Below, in pieces: positions 21,620-32,060 of a DNA stretch of 64,000 nt (within the stretch, counting starts at the first letter, position 1; each line of letters opens with the position of its first letter). The notes under the pieces are model-generated. The model made no database searches. It saw nothing but the letters and a program-made list of their open reading frames with translations, and was not told the origin of the DNA. The DNA is from an uncultured cyanobacterium (lineage in GTDB: Bacteria; Cyanobacteriota; Cyanobacteriia; Cyanobacteriales; Nostocaceae). The DNA lies in the NCBI GenBank assembly GCA_963740315.1, contig CAVUDP010000001.1, positions 1,024,001 through 1,088,000 on the forward strand, in the 5' to 3' direction. Both the position numbers and the translations under genes were made by a program.

Positions 21620-23281
21620 TTAACTTATTACAGTAAAAATACTATCTTGATTATGGCTAAAAGTATTTGCAGACTGCCAAGAAACAACTGCTAACAAGTC
21701 ATCTCCCTGGAAAATATTCGCACCATTCTTACTATCAACAAATGCAAGGTTTTCTTTGCTTTCAACTTGGAAAGTGGTTGCACCTAGTTGGAAGTTATTT
21801 ACAATATCAAAACCTTCACCAGTTTCAAGAATGACGGTAGCTTCACCAGCACCCAACCAAACCGTATCATGACCAGTACCAGAATTTATAAAATCACCAC
21901 CACCATTAGCAAAAATGGTGTCGTTTCCATCACCAGTCAAAATTTGATCGGCTTGGGAACCACCAAAAATTAAATCATCACCTTCATTACCGATAAGGTT
22001 ATCTTCACCACCATTACCAAAGATAGTGTCATTCCCTTCTAAACCGATGATAAATTCAGAAGCATCTGTACCAAATAATTGTTCTCGACTAGAAGTTCCG
22101 TTGATGATTTCTTTTTCGGTAATTGTGGTAAATATAGGAACTGAATCTGACTCAATTGAGTAATCTTCCCCATCGAGAAGAGTGAAGCTAAGGGTTTCAT
22201 CACCTTCAACTCGATCGTCTTCAGGCGCAACTAAACCAAAGGTAGCTTCTGTTGCTCCTTCAACAATTTTAAATTGAAAAATAGCATTACCATCTACTCC
22301 AGTCAATTCCGGATTGCTAATATTAGTTAAAAGCTCCGGTACTGCAACTAAATCTAATACATCACCATCTGGATCATCTATCTGTAACTGTATAGTTAAT
22401 CCACCACTAGGTGCGGGTTCATTCAAGTTTAAAGTATAAAGTTGTGATTCTCCACCTTCGGAAACAATAGTTCTATCAACGCTAAAAGTAACGATTGGTA
22501 ATTCTTGTTCAATTATTGTGCTAACTATAGGTTGTGAAGCTGAATCAATCGAATAACTTTCATCATCTAAAAGAGTTAAAGTATAAGTCTCGTCTCCTTC
22601 AACCCGATTATCTTCACCAGTTAAAAAACTAAAACTAGCTTCAGTTGCTCCTGGGAAAATTGTGAATTCTAGAATAAAATTACCATTTTCTAGAACTGAA
22701 TTCAAACCAGAAATATTATTGAAAAGCTCTGAAGGGAAACCTCCATCTGAGAAATCACCATCAGGATCTTCTAGCTGCAATCTTACAGTTAATCCATCAT
22801 CTGATGCTGGTTCGTTTAATTGCAAAGTAAAAACTTGTGGGGTTTCTTCACCTTCAGAAATAACAGTTCTATCAACACTTAAAGTAACGATTGGTAAATC
22901 TGTAAGAATAAAAGTTACACTTTGATTGCTGGAGTCGATTGTGTAACCATTCCCTGATAGAAGGCTGACAATACTAACTTCTTCCCCTTCAGGAATATTA
23001 TCTTGTTTAGGAGTTATATCAAATCTAGCTTCGGTAGCCCCTTCATCAATCAAAAAACCTGAAAACGAATTATCTTCGTTAAATAAAAGCGTACCGTTAA
23101 TAATAGATACATCAATATCATCAGGTGTTCCATCCTCGTCAACAGAATCGAAATTAACAGCTAATCCGCCCACAGGAGCGGGTTCGCTTAAGCTAAAAAT
23201 AACCTTTCCTAAATCAAGATTTGTTTCAGATAAAGGTAAAGTTCTATCGAACGATAAGCTAACTATAGGTAATGACTGCAT
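21620..23281 (-). CDS. Acidic Calx-beta-like repeat protein with C-terminal RTX/hemolysin-type Ca-binding repeats
   Basis: Three ~130-aa repeats ending in DN.VEGDET, then G.GNDTI/GGDDL nonapeptides; no signal peptide. Confidence 0.75.
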   Translation of the reverse strand: MQSLPIVSLSFDRTLPLSETNLDLGKVIFSLSEPAPVGGLAVNFDSVDEDGTPDDIDVSIINGTLLFNEDNSFSGFLIDEGATEARFDITPKQDNIPEGEEVSIVSLLSGNGYTIDSSNQSVTFILTDLPIVTLSVDRTVISEGEETPQVFTLQLNEPASDDGLTVRLQLEDPDGDFSDGGFPSELFNNISGLNSVLENGNFILEFTIFPGATEASFSFLTGEDNRVEGDETYTLTLLDDESYSIDSASQPIVSTIIEQELPIVTFSVDRTIVSEGGESQLYTLNLNEPAPSGGLTIQLQIDDPDGDVLDLVAVPELLTNISNPELTGVDGNAIFQFKIVEGATEATFGLVAPEDDRVEGDETLSFTLLDGEDYSIESDSVPIFTTITEKEIINGTSSREQLFGTDASEFIIGLEGNDTIFGNGGEDNLIGNEGDDLIFGGSQADQILTGDGNDTIFANGGGDFINSGTGHDTVWLGAGEATVILETGEGFDIVNNFQLGATTFQVESKENLAFVDSKNGANIFQGDDLLAVVSWQSANTFSHNQDSIFTVIS

Positions 23282-23337
23282 ATTAACTGCTTAATTAACG
23301 ATGATAATTTCACCGATCAAAGTAGCATACTAGTTAA

Positions 23338-23826
23338 TTAAGAAACAATTAGACTAACGGCTAATATTGCTTCTTCCACATTTTCAACAATATAGATATT
23401 ATCTGGCGACATTTTTTTGAAAAAAGCTTTACTTTCCTCATCTTCATTCAACAAAATCACTTTTTTATCACTCTTCAACGCTAAAGCGATTTCTGAAACC
23501 GTACCCGCACCAATTCCACAAGCGATTATGACATCTGAAGAAAGCACGTTGATATTATTTCGCGCATTTCCCATATCTGTAAAAATTGCAATATCTACCG
23601 CTTCGGAAATTCCTCCATCATCTTTACCAGGTAAAATACCAATAGTTAAACCATCAACAGACTTTGCACCTTGAGAAGCAGCATCCATCACTCCAGCTTT
23701 TCTACCGCCAGTCAACAAAACCCAACCTTGTTGAGCAATCATTTGTCCTAATTTATAGGCGTTTTCTAAATCATTTGACGTTGCTTTATCTCCGACTCCC
23801 ATCACGCCGATGATGATTTTTCTCAT
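23338..23826 (-). CDS. TIGR00725-like / LOG (SLOG) family protein
   Basis: LLTGG..GVM, GILPG, ARNNIN and G.GTVSEIALA. Confidence 0.85.
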   Translation of the reverse strand: MRKIIIGVMGVGDKATSNDLENAYKLGQMIAQQGWVLLTGGRKAGVMDAASQGAKSVDGLTIGILPGKDDGGISEAVDIAIFTDMGNARNNINVLSSDVIIACGIGAGTVSEIALALKSDKKVILLNEDEESKAFFKKMSPDNIYIVENVEEAILAVSLIVS

Positions 23827-23876
23827 TGTTTGTTATTTGCGTAGATGATGAGGGCTAAAGCCCTTACTACGAACTT

Positions 23877-24467
23877 TTACCATTCTTCTGCCCAATAAAC
23901 AATTTCTGAAGTCGTATTATTAATTGCTACTCCGTAACTATCTCCATGATTCCAGGAGAAGTCGTCAGAGGTACCTCTATTATTTGCGTTTAGTACTAAT
24001 ATTTCGTAAGTTGATGGAAAGGTTTCTGCTTGTAAATCGCTGGTATATAAAAAAGTTGTTGGTACGCCATTTTTCTGATTTGCGTGATCGTTTGTATCGC
24101 CACCTTGAAATCTATATTTGGCTATATTTTTATATTTACTAAGTGCTTTATTTATCTGTTCTTTCGGTAGTTTCATCCTCACTTGAAAAATTCTACCGTA
24201 TTCAGTAGAACCCGGATAATAAATAACCCGCACATCTTTAGCAACGCTAGGAATGATGGCGGGAAAATGTTTTATTTGTGTTTGATTTGACCAGGTGTTG
24301 TGACGAATATCTTGATAATTTGAGCTATCTATTACTATCTCAGTTGATTTTTTATTATTAAGAGCTTGTGTAAAAAAGAATCCTCCCCCGACAACTCCTA
24401 CACCTCCCAAGGATAGTAAAGCTATCGTGGCGAATTTCAATATATATGCTTGCTTCATCGAATCCAA
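23877..24467 (-). CDS. Hypothetical membrane-anchored or exported protein
   Basis: 196-aa ORF with an N-terminal TM helix and a WNHG.SYGVAI...IVYWAEEW C-terminus; start codon uncertain. Confidence 0.6.
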   Translation of the reverse strand: MDSMKQAYILKFATIALLSLGGVGVVGGGFFFTQALNNKKSTEIVIDSSNYQDIRHNTWSNQTQIKHFPAIIPSVAKDVRVIYYPGSTEYGRIFQVRMKLPKEQINKALSKYKNIAKYRFQGGDTNDHANQKNGVPTTFLYTSDLQAETFPSTYEILVLNANNRGTSDDFSWNHGDSYGVAINNTTSEIVYWAEEW

Positions 24468-24826
24468 AATTTAAATTAATTAAATAGACATATATTCAAC
24501 TAGTAATATTATTCGTAAAATTACGCATCTAGCTTTAGATATATCTACTAAATTTTTAGATAAGATCGGTGAAATTTCGGTTGTTGTTCAAAAACCTGGC
24601 GATTTAATATGCCGCACCTGGCGATTTAATGTGCCGCACCTAGCGGTGAACGCGGCTACACAGGCAAAGTCCACCTGCGTGGACTAATTATTTTTAAACC
24701 CGCGCAGGCGGGTTTCGTTTGTGTAGATGCGGTTTCAACCGCCGGATAATACTCCTAACTCAATAAGGTTACTGAGCTTGTCGAAGTACTCCTAACTGTT
24801 AACTGTTAACTGCTCACTGCTCACTG

Positions 24827-25705
24827 TCAGAAACTCCCACCGATCATTCCCGCTAATAAAATAAACCCAATCCAAACGTTTTCTCGAAACATTTCACCGT
24901 AAGCTGCATTCGGTAAGTCTGTTTTTTTCAAGCGTAAATATTGCCATACCCAACCAGCAAACGCGATCGCAACACTGATCCAAAATGCAATATTAAGATG
25001 TGTAACTATTCCCAACCAAATTAGTAAACCAACTGTGCCAATAAAAAAGACAGCTACAGCCTCTTCAACATAGTTACCAAAAAATAAGGCGCTGGAATTA
25101 ACCCCTATACGTTTGTCGTCTTCGCGATCGCTCATGGCGTAAACTGTATCGAATCCTAACGTCCACAATACAGTTGCACCCCACAGCAGCCAAGTTGATT
25201 GTGAAAGATTCTGCGTAACCGCACTCCAACTAATTAATACCGCGAAACCCCAAGCAATAGAAAGGACTAACTGAGGTACGGGAAATACTCGTTTTGCACC
25301 GGGATAAAGCAGGATTACCGGCACTGCCGCAACGCACAACCAAAAGGAAAGCGGATTAAGATAAAAAGCGAGAATTGCAGCACAAGCCATTCCTACTATC
25401 GCTACAACTATTCCGACTTTTACAGATAGTGCGCGAGAAGCAAGGGGACGGTTTTTTGTTCTTTCAACTTCGGGATCTATATCTTTATCCCACAGATCGT
25501 TGACAACGCACCCAACAGCACTTGTCGCGAGAGTACCTAAAACGATTACTCCTACTAATGGTAAAGGGGGTTTTCCTTCTGCTGCGAGAAATACCGCCCA
25601 TAAACCCGGAATCATTAAGATTAATCTTCCTTCTGGCTTATTCCACCGTAGAAGTCGGATTATTTTACTAAAAGTAGATTCAATTTTTTCTGCCTGAATA
25701 ACCAT
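24827..25705 (-). CDS. plqA: 4-hydroxybenzoate solanesyltransferase (UbiA family)
   Basis: NDLWDKDID..VERT..RPL and DTVYAMSDREDD aspartate-rich motifs; multiple TM helices; divergent from ppx. Confidence 0.88.
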   Translation of the reverse strand: MVIQAEKIESTFSKIIRLLRWNKPEGRLILMIPGLWAVFLAAEGKPPLPLVGVIVLGTLATSAVGCVVNDLWDKDIDPEVERTKNRPLASRALSVKVGIVVAIVGMACAAILAFYLNPLSFWLCVAAVPVILLYPGAKRVFPVPQLVLSIAWGFAVLISWSAVTQNLSQSTWLLWGATVLWTLGFDTVYAMSDREDDKRIGVNSSALFFGNYVEEAVAVFFIGTVGLLIWLGIVTHLNIAFWISVAIAFAGWVWQYLRLKKTDLPNAAYGEMFRENVWIGFILLAGMIGGSF

Positions 25706-25992
25706 AGCGATCGAGAAATTATCAATATGATTTAATTTACACTTCTTAACAACTATAGAATAACTTTATTTGATATCTGTAAAACAAAATAACAATCAAA
25801 TAAAAACTAAACTGTTTCTGAATGCTTTATGGTGACGCTGTAGAACAACAGCATGAGTTGACTTATGAATCTTAGTAGAGCCACTATTTTCGGGATTGAT
25901 TCAAATTAATTTGTTTTGTGCGCCTAAATCAAATTATTGTACCCATAGGATTCCGAACAACTAATTATTACTACGTTTTATAAAAAAAACAA

Positions 25993-27618
25993 ATGATTAA
26001 TTCAGCTATGACAACAGCCGAGGATCTCCCCAATCAAAACGTTGAGTCTGAGCGCATAGTTGCCGCGATTGACTTAGGTACCAACTCGGTACACATGGTA
26101 ATTGTACGAATTGAGCCATCATTACCATCTTTTAGCATCATTGGTAAAGAGAAAGAAACCGTTAGACTTGGCGATCGCGATATTGACACGGGAAATCTCA
26201 AGCTCAAGATCATGGAAAGGACGGTAAATGCTTTGAAGCGCTTTCAAGAGATTGCTAAAAACTTAGATGCTGAAGCCGTGATTGCTGTAGCAACTAGCGC
26301 GATAAGAGAAGCACCCAACGGTAGAGAATTTTTGTACCGGATCAAAAGAGAATTAAATTTAGATGTTGATTTAATTTCCGGACAAGAAGAAGCGCGACGG
26401 ATTTATTTAGGCGTGCTTTCAGGAATGGAATTCAACAACGAAGCCCATACTATTATTGATATTGGCGGTGGTTCCACGGAATTAATTTTAGGTGATTCTC
26501 ACGAGGAACGCTGTCTTAATAGTACTAAAGTTGGTGCCGTAAGATTAACCAGCGAATTAATTACCACCGATCCGATAAGCGACCAAGAATTTAACTATCT
26601 TAAAGCTTATGCCAGGGGAATGCTCGAACGTCCCGTAGAAGAAGTCTTGTCAAACGTTAATATTGGCGAACAAATCCGTTTGGTAGGAACTTCTGGAACC
26701 ATAGAAACCTTAGCTAACATCCATGCCAAAGAAACATCCGATTCTACCCCTTCAACATTAAACGGCTACAGCTTTAGTTTAGAAGACTTGCGAGAATTGG
26801 TATCGCGGTTGCGGAAAATGACTAATTCCGAACGAGGAGAGATACCAGCCATGCCAGAAAAAAGGTCAGAAGTTATACTGGCAGGAGCAGTAATTTTACA
26901 AGAAGCAATGACACTTTTAGGTGTAGAATCGATAACCACCTGCGAGCGGGCGTTACGAGAAGGAGTAATTGTCGATTGGATGTTAGCGCACGATTTAATC
27001 GATAATCGTCTGCGCTTCCAAAGTACGGTTAGACAGCGAAGTGTAGAAAAAATCGCCAAGAAATATGATGTCGATCTAGAATATAGCGAACGAATAGCAA
27101 CACTAGCTTTATCATTATTCGATCAAACCAAAGGTCATTTACACGAATGGGGAAATCAAGAAAGATTTTTATTATGGGCTGCGGCGGTATTACACAACTG
27201 CGGACATTATATAAGTCATTCTTCCCATCACAAACACTCATATTATTTAATTCGTAACAGCGGATTGCTAGGTTATAACGAAACCGAGATTGAAATTATT
27301 GCCAATTTAGCCAGATATCATCGCAAATCTCAGCCCAAGAAAAAACACGAAAACTTCCAAAACTTAGCTACAAAAGAGCATAAATTGGTAGTAGAACAAT
27401 TGAGTCCATTATTAAGATTAGCAACATCCCTCGATAGAAGACAAATCGGAGCAGTATCGAAAATAGAATGCGATTATCGTGAAGATGATGAAGAATTATA
27501 TTTAAAAGTTATTCCCCATCGTGTAGATGATGATTGTGCGATCGAGCTTTGGAGTTTGAGCTATAGCAAATTAATATTTGAGGAAGTATTTGGGGTTCAA
27601 TTGATCGCGAGTTTGTAG
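25993..27618 (+). CDS. ppx: Exopolyphosphatase, Ppx/GppA family
   Basis: IDLGTNS, ATSAIREA, DIGGGSTE and LREG motifs, plus a C-terminal HD-like domain. Confidence 0.93.
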   Translation: MINSAMTTAEDLPNQNVESERIVAAIDLGTNSVHMVIVRIEPSLPSFSIIGKEKETVRLGDRDIDTGNLKLKIMERTVNALKRFQEIAKNLDAEAVIAVATSAIREAPNGREFLYRIKRELNLDVDLISGQEEARRIYLGVLSGMEFNNEAHTIIDIGGGSTELILGDSHEERCLNSTKVGAVRLTSELITTDPISDQEFNYLKAYARGMLERPVEEVLSNVNIGEQIRLVGTSGTIETLANIHAKETSDSTPSTLNGYSFSLEDLRELVSRLRKMTNSERGEIPAMPEKRSEVILAGAVILQEAMTLLGVESITTCERALREGVIVDWMLAHDLIDNRLRFQSTVRQRSVEKIAKKYDVDLEYSERIATLALSLFDQTKGHLHEWGNQERFLLWAAAVLHNCGHYISHSSHHKHSYYLIRNSGLLGYNETEIEIIANLARYHRKSQPKKKHENFQNLATKEHKLVVEQLSPLLRLATSLDRRQIGAVSKIECDYREDDEELYLKVIPHRVDDDCAIELWSLSYSKLIFEEVFGVQLIASL

Positions 27619-27939
27619 AGAGATTAATCTGGCTTTTTTGCTTCGTTTATAACTGCCCGGAAATCAATTTCCGGGCTAATAGCGGAAGTCCATTAAAATG
27701 GACTAAATATTTATTATTTTATGTAGGTTGGGTTGAGGAACGAAACCCAACATTTATGTTTAAAGAGCTAATCGAAAAGTTCAGTATAAAAGAATATTTT
27801 AAAAGTATTCGGCGAATATAATTCGCTACTACACAGGCAAAGTCCACCTCCGTGGACTAACCAATTTATCGCTTGTGCAGATGGTTTTGTTTGTGTAGCA
27901 ACGATTTAAACAGCTAGGTAAAGTTATAAATTAGACTTT

Positions 27940-29964
27940 TCAAACATCCTTTAAATGTTCTTTAATATAAGTCCAACAACATATTATTGGTAATCCCATA
28001 AAAAATAATATACAGAAATATACAAATCCAAGCATAATAATATAGAAAAACCATAAAAACCCCTGACTTGAATTTATTAAATTATCGTATTGGGCTATTG
28101 CAGGCAACATTTTATCTATGAAATTAAATGAAAAGAAGCATAAGATTATTTCAAATAATATTAAAAATATTATCGATTCTAATTTTTCTGTGATTTCATA
28201 TTTTTTTTGACTTCCATTAGACGAATTAGTTAATTTATTTTGAACTGAACTAGTTGATTGATTCTGACCAAAATTAACAACATCTGTATATTCAAATTCT
28301 ATTTTCTGCCCATCAAAATCTACTTCTAAACTTAATTGCCCTGAAGGAAGTGAACGATACTTAACCACAGTTCCTATATTTAAATATTTCGGATGTGAAG
28401 AATTTGTAACTTGTATTTTGTCACCTATATTTATCACAGACGATTGAGAATTATTTGAACTTAAATTTGTATGAGTTGATTGTTGATTTAAACTAATTTG
28501 GTTTAAGTTTTTTTTTAATGTTGTTGATGTATTATTTAATGATTTAAGTAATGTATAAGCTTCTTGCATAGAGATAAAGTCTATTTGATTTAAATCGCGA
28601 ACGATTATTTGTGGAATCTTGGCGTTAGGTTTTTGATAAATTTCAATTTTCCCTTTAACTTTAATATAATCATTATTATTTATAAATGACTTCAAAAAAT
28701 CTTGTATACATTCATCAAATATTATGACTTGGAATGCATTATAGCCCCTGACAGAAGTTGTAAAATTATTAAAGTTAATAAATAAAATTTTTCTAATTTT
28801 ATTATGGTAACAAGTATCAATTACTTGACCTACTGCTGTAACTTCATAACCAATTTGCTTAACTAACTCCAAAATATCAGTCGCAGCAAAAACTCTAGAT
28901 TCCGATGTCGGTACAGTAACGCTAGATTGCGGCTTTGGTTTACCAGTTGCAGGAAAGATATCTACACCGAGATTTTGAGCGCGATCGCACCAATAACATT
29001 TACCCAAACTCCGCATATAGTAGTGACTATCAACTTTCCCACAAAGGGATAAATCGTTGACAGCAAGTTTTAGCGCTGATACCCATTCTCTAGCACTTGG
29101 ACGTAAATTTGGGTTTTTATGTCCGTAGCTAAAGCATCTGATAAAATTTTGCTGAATTTGTGTATGAACAACATTAAATAAAATAGTTCTCGCTACTGGT
29201 TTAATTAAACTATTTTGTCCATGAAGCCAAAATCCCTGACGAATTAGTTCGCTAGGTTGCGGTGTTTCTCCTGCTCCTTTCCACTGCCCGCTAAAAGGAG
29301 AATCGCTAAACAATAAATGATAAATTATCGTTGCTAAACGAAAACGATCGTGAATTTCTGTTTGATTGATAGTAGCAAAATCCTTTCCAATCAATTCTGG
29401 TGGTGTAAAACCTTCCGAACCTACCAAACAGCGATAAACTTTACCCGTATGAGGATTGCTAACTTGAAACGAATCGGTATCAATAATTGAAGGTAAAGCC
29501 CGGTTATTAACTAAAATATTTTGCGGTTTGATATCACCTAAAACGTAGCCTTTTGCATGAATTGCTTCAATAATTGAGGCAATGTTTAAAGCTGTAAAGT
29601 GTAAGAAACGCCAATCAATTTCAAGATTAAGTCTTTTCCGACGTTGAGAATTATATATATCAATTAATTCTTTAGCATTTTTAATTTCTGGCATCAAAAA
29701 GCCGACACAATTACCTCCCGTATCTGTCAGCAGAGACTTGCACCAAGCGAAAGAAATATGATTGTGATGAGCATTTGGTTCTTCTGGTGGATTAGCTAGC
29801 ATCACTTTAAGCTTTTGTACTTGCTCAAAGCTTGGTCGGTTGTGGTAAATTTTTGCTATATAGCCATTGAGATTAGTTTGCCAAACCTTACCTTCACCAC
29901 TGCTTGCAATTTCCTTAACTAGAGTTATAGATTGATTATTATCAGTGCGTATGTAAGCTTTCAT
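27940..29964 (-). CDS. TerY-P triad protein kinase (YegI-like) with Zn ribbon, OB-fold-like, SH3-like and TM extensions
   Basis: SSGEGKV, AKIYH, GDIKPQNILV, IDTDSFQ, GFTPPEL and C..H.Y..CYWC; lies downstream of the vWA and PP2C genes. Confidence 0.85.
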   Translation of the reverse strand: MKAYIRTDNNQSITLVKEIASSGEGKVWQTNLNGYIAKIYHNRPSFEQVQKLKVMLANPPEEPNAHHNHISFAWCKSLLTDTGGNCVGFLMPEIKNAKELIDIYNSQRRKRLNLEIDWRFLHFTALNIASIIEAIHAKGYVLGDIKPQNILVNNRALPSIIDTDSFQVSNPHTGKVYRCLVGSEGFTPPELIGKDFATINQTEIHDRFRLATIIYHLLFSDSPFSGQWKGAGETPQPSELIRQGFWLHGQNSLIKPVARTILFNVVHTQIQQNFIRCFSYGHKNPNLRPSAREWVSALKLAVNDLSLCGKVDSHYYMRSLGKCYWCDRAQNLGVDIFPATGKPKPQSSVTVPTSESRVFAATDILELVKQIGYEVTAVGQVIDTCYHNKIRKILFINFNNFTTSVRGYNAFQVIIFDECIQDFLKSFINNNDYIKVKGKIEIYQKPNAKIPQIIVRDLNQIDFISMQEAYTLLKSLNNTSTTLKKNLNQISLNQQSTHTNLSSNNSQSSVINIGDKIQVTNSSHPKYLNIGTVVKYRSLPSGQLSLEVDFDGQKIEFEYTDVVNFGQNQSTSSVQNKLTNSSNGSQKKYEITEKLESIIFLILFEIILCFFSFNFIDKMLPAIAQYDNLINSSQGFLWFFYIIMLGFVYFCILFFMGLPIICCWTYIKEHLKDV

Positions 29965-29971
29965 TAAACTT

Positions 29972-30121
29972 TAAGTAGGTTGGCGTAATTAAATGTAAGA
30001 TGTCATTGCGAGGAGGAACGACGAAGCAATCACCTTTATGTGCGGTTCATCGCAACGACTGGGATTGCTTCGTTCCTCGCAATGACGGAGCATATTATAT
30101 TTATTTGTACCCACCTACTTA
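29972..30121. mobile_element. MITE-like element with imperfect 23-bp TIRs and an internal GTCATTGCGAG...CTCGCAATGAC palindrome
   Basis: Left end TAAGTAGGTTGGCGTAATTAAAT; right end reverse complement TAAGTAGGTGGGTACAAATAAAT. It supplies the PP2C stop codon. Confidence 0.65.
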
Positions 30122-30876
30122 CTGTTATCAAACAAGCATAAAAGCAAGGTTTTATCATCATCAGTACGAGCATTGAGTTGTTCTAACTTGAGAAAGTTTA
30201 CGATGTATTCGTGTTCCTCTTCAGGTTTTTCGGTTTCCTGGAGATATTCTTCTAACGGTTTAAAGAAAGGTGGAAAAGGCTTCCAGTCAGAAAAACGAAT
30301 TGCGACTTTTTCTAATCCATCAGTGGAAGCACAGATAAATTCTGGTTTTTCTGAAAAAACTTTTATCTGCATATCATCCAAAGCATTTACTGAAGTAACA
30401 AAAGTTGTCTCGTTAGCGAATTCTCCCTTATCTGGTTGAAAAAGCATCTGATATTCTGAATCTTGGGAACGCACTACAATAAATCCATCACCAATCTGCA
30501 TAGCCGCAATCCAGTCAGGAGTCGCAACAAAAACTAACAGCGTGCAAGCCAAATCGTTGACAGAGTAATCTTTCTCGTCTGCTTGTTTTTGTAAAGCTGT
30601 ATTTACTTTTTCAAGAGCATTTTTAAATCACTTTTTTGCTGTTTTCTCAGAAATTGGTTGAGAAAAACTTTTTCTTTGCCATCTTAGATAATTTCTTACC
30701 GCTTCAACAGCCAATTTAGCGCCAACATCCGAATATTTCGCACTACCAGCACCGTCAGCAACTGCTCCAATAATTACATCATCAAGAATGCGAAAATCCG
30801 CAAAATCTTGACAAGGTAATTGCTGCTTTTGGTGACTAATTCCAACTTCATAACGTGCAATTGCTTTCCAATTCAC
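30115..30876 (-). pseudogene. PP2C-like phosphatase (YegK-like) interrupted by an in-frame TGA at codon 83
   Basis: GISH, CQD, VADGAGSA, GDG, STDGL and DDKT motifs all lie in one frame. TGA at 30628-30630, after which the frame continues FKNALEKV...DLACTLL. Confidence 0.85.
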
Positions 30877-30978
30877 AACATTTCCTCAAATGAATTTAAT
30901 ATTTACAAAACTTTTGTACTTGTCGTGAGTAAGCTTAATCGCCCTCACCTTAGAAGAATGAGGGCAACTTGTTGAACT

Positions 30979-31632
30979 TCACGCCGTAACTTGTCCCCAT
31001 CCAACAGCCGGTAATGCAATTGCTTCACCAACCTTACCGCCGGATACTCGCTTCATCGAAGTAGAAAGCCAAACGAACATAGAACGAAAATCCAAACCGT
31101 TAAGCATCATCGGTTCACGCGGTGCTATTTGTCTTAAAGTATTCAGATCCGCACCTTTGACACCAACCGCAAAAAAACATTGTCGGCGCTGTGCTTCAGC
31201 TTCTTTTACCCGCTGTGCCGCAGATTGCCAGTAATCCGTTGGCGCTCCATCGGTAATCAAAAATACCCAAGGGCGATAGTATAAAATACCGTTTTCTTTA
31301 TAAATTAATTTACGTGTTTCAAGTAAATCTAAACCGTACTCAATCGCTTCACCCATTGGAGTCTGACTATTTGCTTCCAGTTGCGGGGGGTTAAAATTAT
31401 CAATGCTGGTAAAATCTTGAATCAACTGCACCGATCCGCCAAAGGTGACGATCGCAAGTTCCACACTTAAAGACGCTTGAGCATCTTTGACTACATCTTC
31501 TTTAAAAGCAGCGATACCTCGATTTAACTCTTGAATTGGTTCCCCACACATCGAGCCTGAAGTGTCGAGCAATAAAACTACTGGGCAACGATTTTCTGGG
31601 TTTTCAACAAATTCTGGTAATCCTACAGGCAT
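30979..31632 (-). CDS. terY: TerY-like vWA domain protein (YegL-like)
   Basis: ENPENRCPVVLLLDTSGSM MIDAS motif, TPMGEA and YYRPWVFLITDGAPTD. Confidence 0.88.
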   Translation of the reverse strand: MPVGLPEFVENPENRCPVVLLLDTSGSMCGEPIQELNRGIAAFKEDVVKDAQASLSVELAIVTFGGSVQLIQDFTSIDNFNPPQLEANSQTPMGEAIEYGLDLLETRKLIYKENGILYYRPWVFLITDGAPTDYWQSAAQRVKEAEAQRRQCFFAVGVKGADLNTLRQIAPREPMMLNGLDFRSMFVWLSTSMKRVSGGKVGEAIALPAVGWGQVTA

Positions 31633-32060
31633 TCAACGCTCCCGATTATTAAACTTATTTAAAAAAGTAGTTCACTTACCGTTTTGAATGTAAAATTGTT
31701 ACTTTCGCATCAGTGCTTATATGGATAAAGATAATTAGAAATTCAATTAATAAACCTGTATCAAAATATTGTAAAAATAGCTACATTTTCCCAGTCCATT
31801 TTAATGGACTTATGCTATGAGACAGGGGTTTGCAACCCCTGACGGATAAGAAAGAAAACGAATCAATTAAATCGTTAATAAATAAAAGCTATTAAATACA
31901 TTAAATTCGCTTGTAGCAAAAATATCTTACAAGCAATGCTATATATGTTTGAACATTCAGAAACCCGGTTTTTTGGAAAAACCGGGTTTCTCAACACTCA
32001 AAATCATTAAAATTTAGATACGATCGCTATATGTAAAAAAATAACCCCAAAGGATAAAAA

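Noticed and set aside
21565..24467. Integron cassette array
   Set aside because: The repeats lack the attC RYYYAAC...GTTRRRY architecture and no integron integrase is present.
30628..30630. Selenocysteine codon
   Set aside because: The position is in a non-catalytic helical region, the downstream sequence is A-rich with no evident SECIS-like hairpin, and there are no sel genes in the window.
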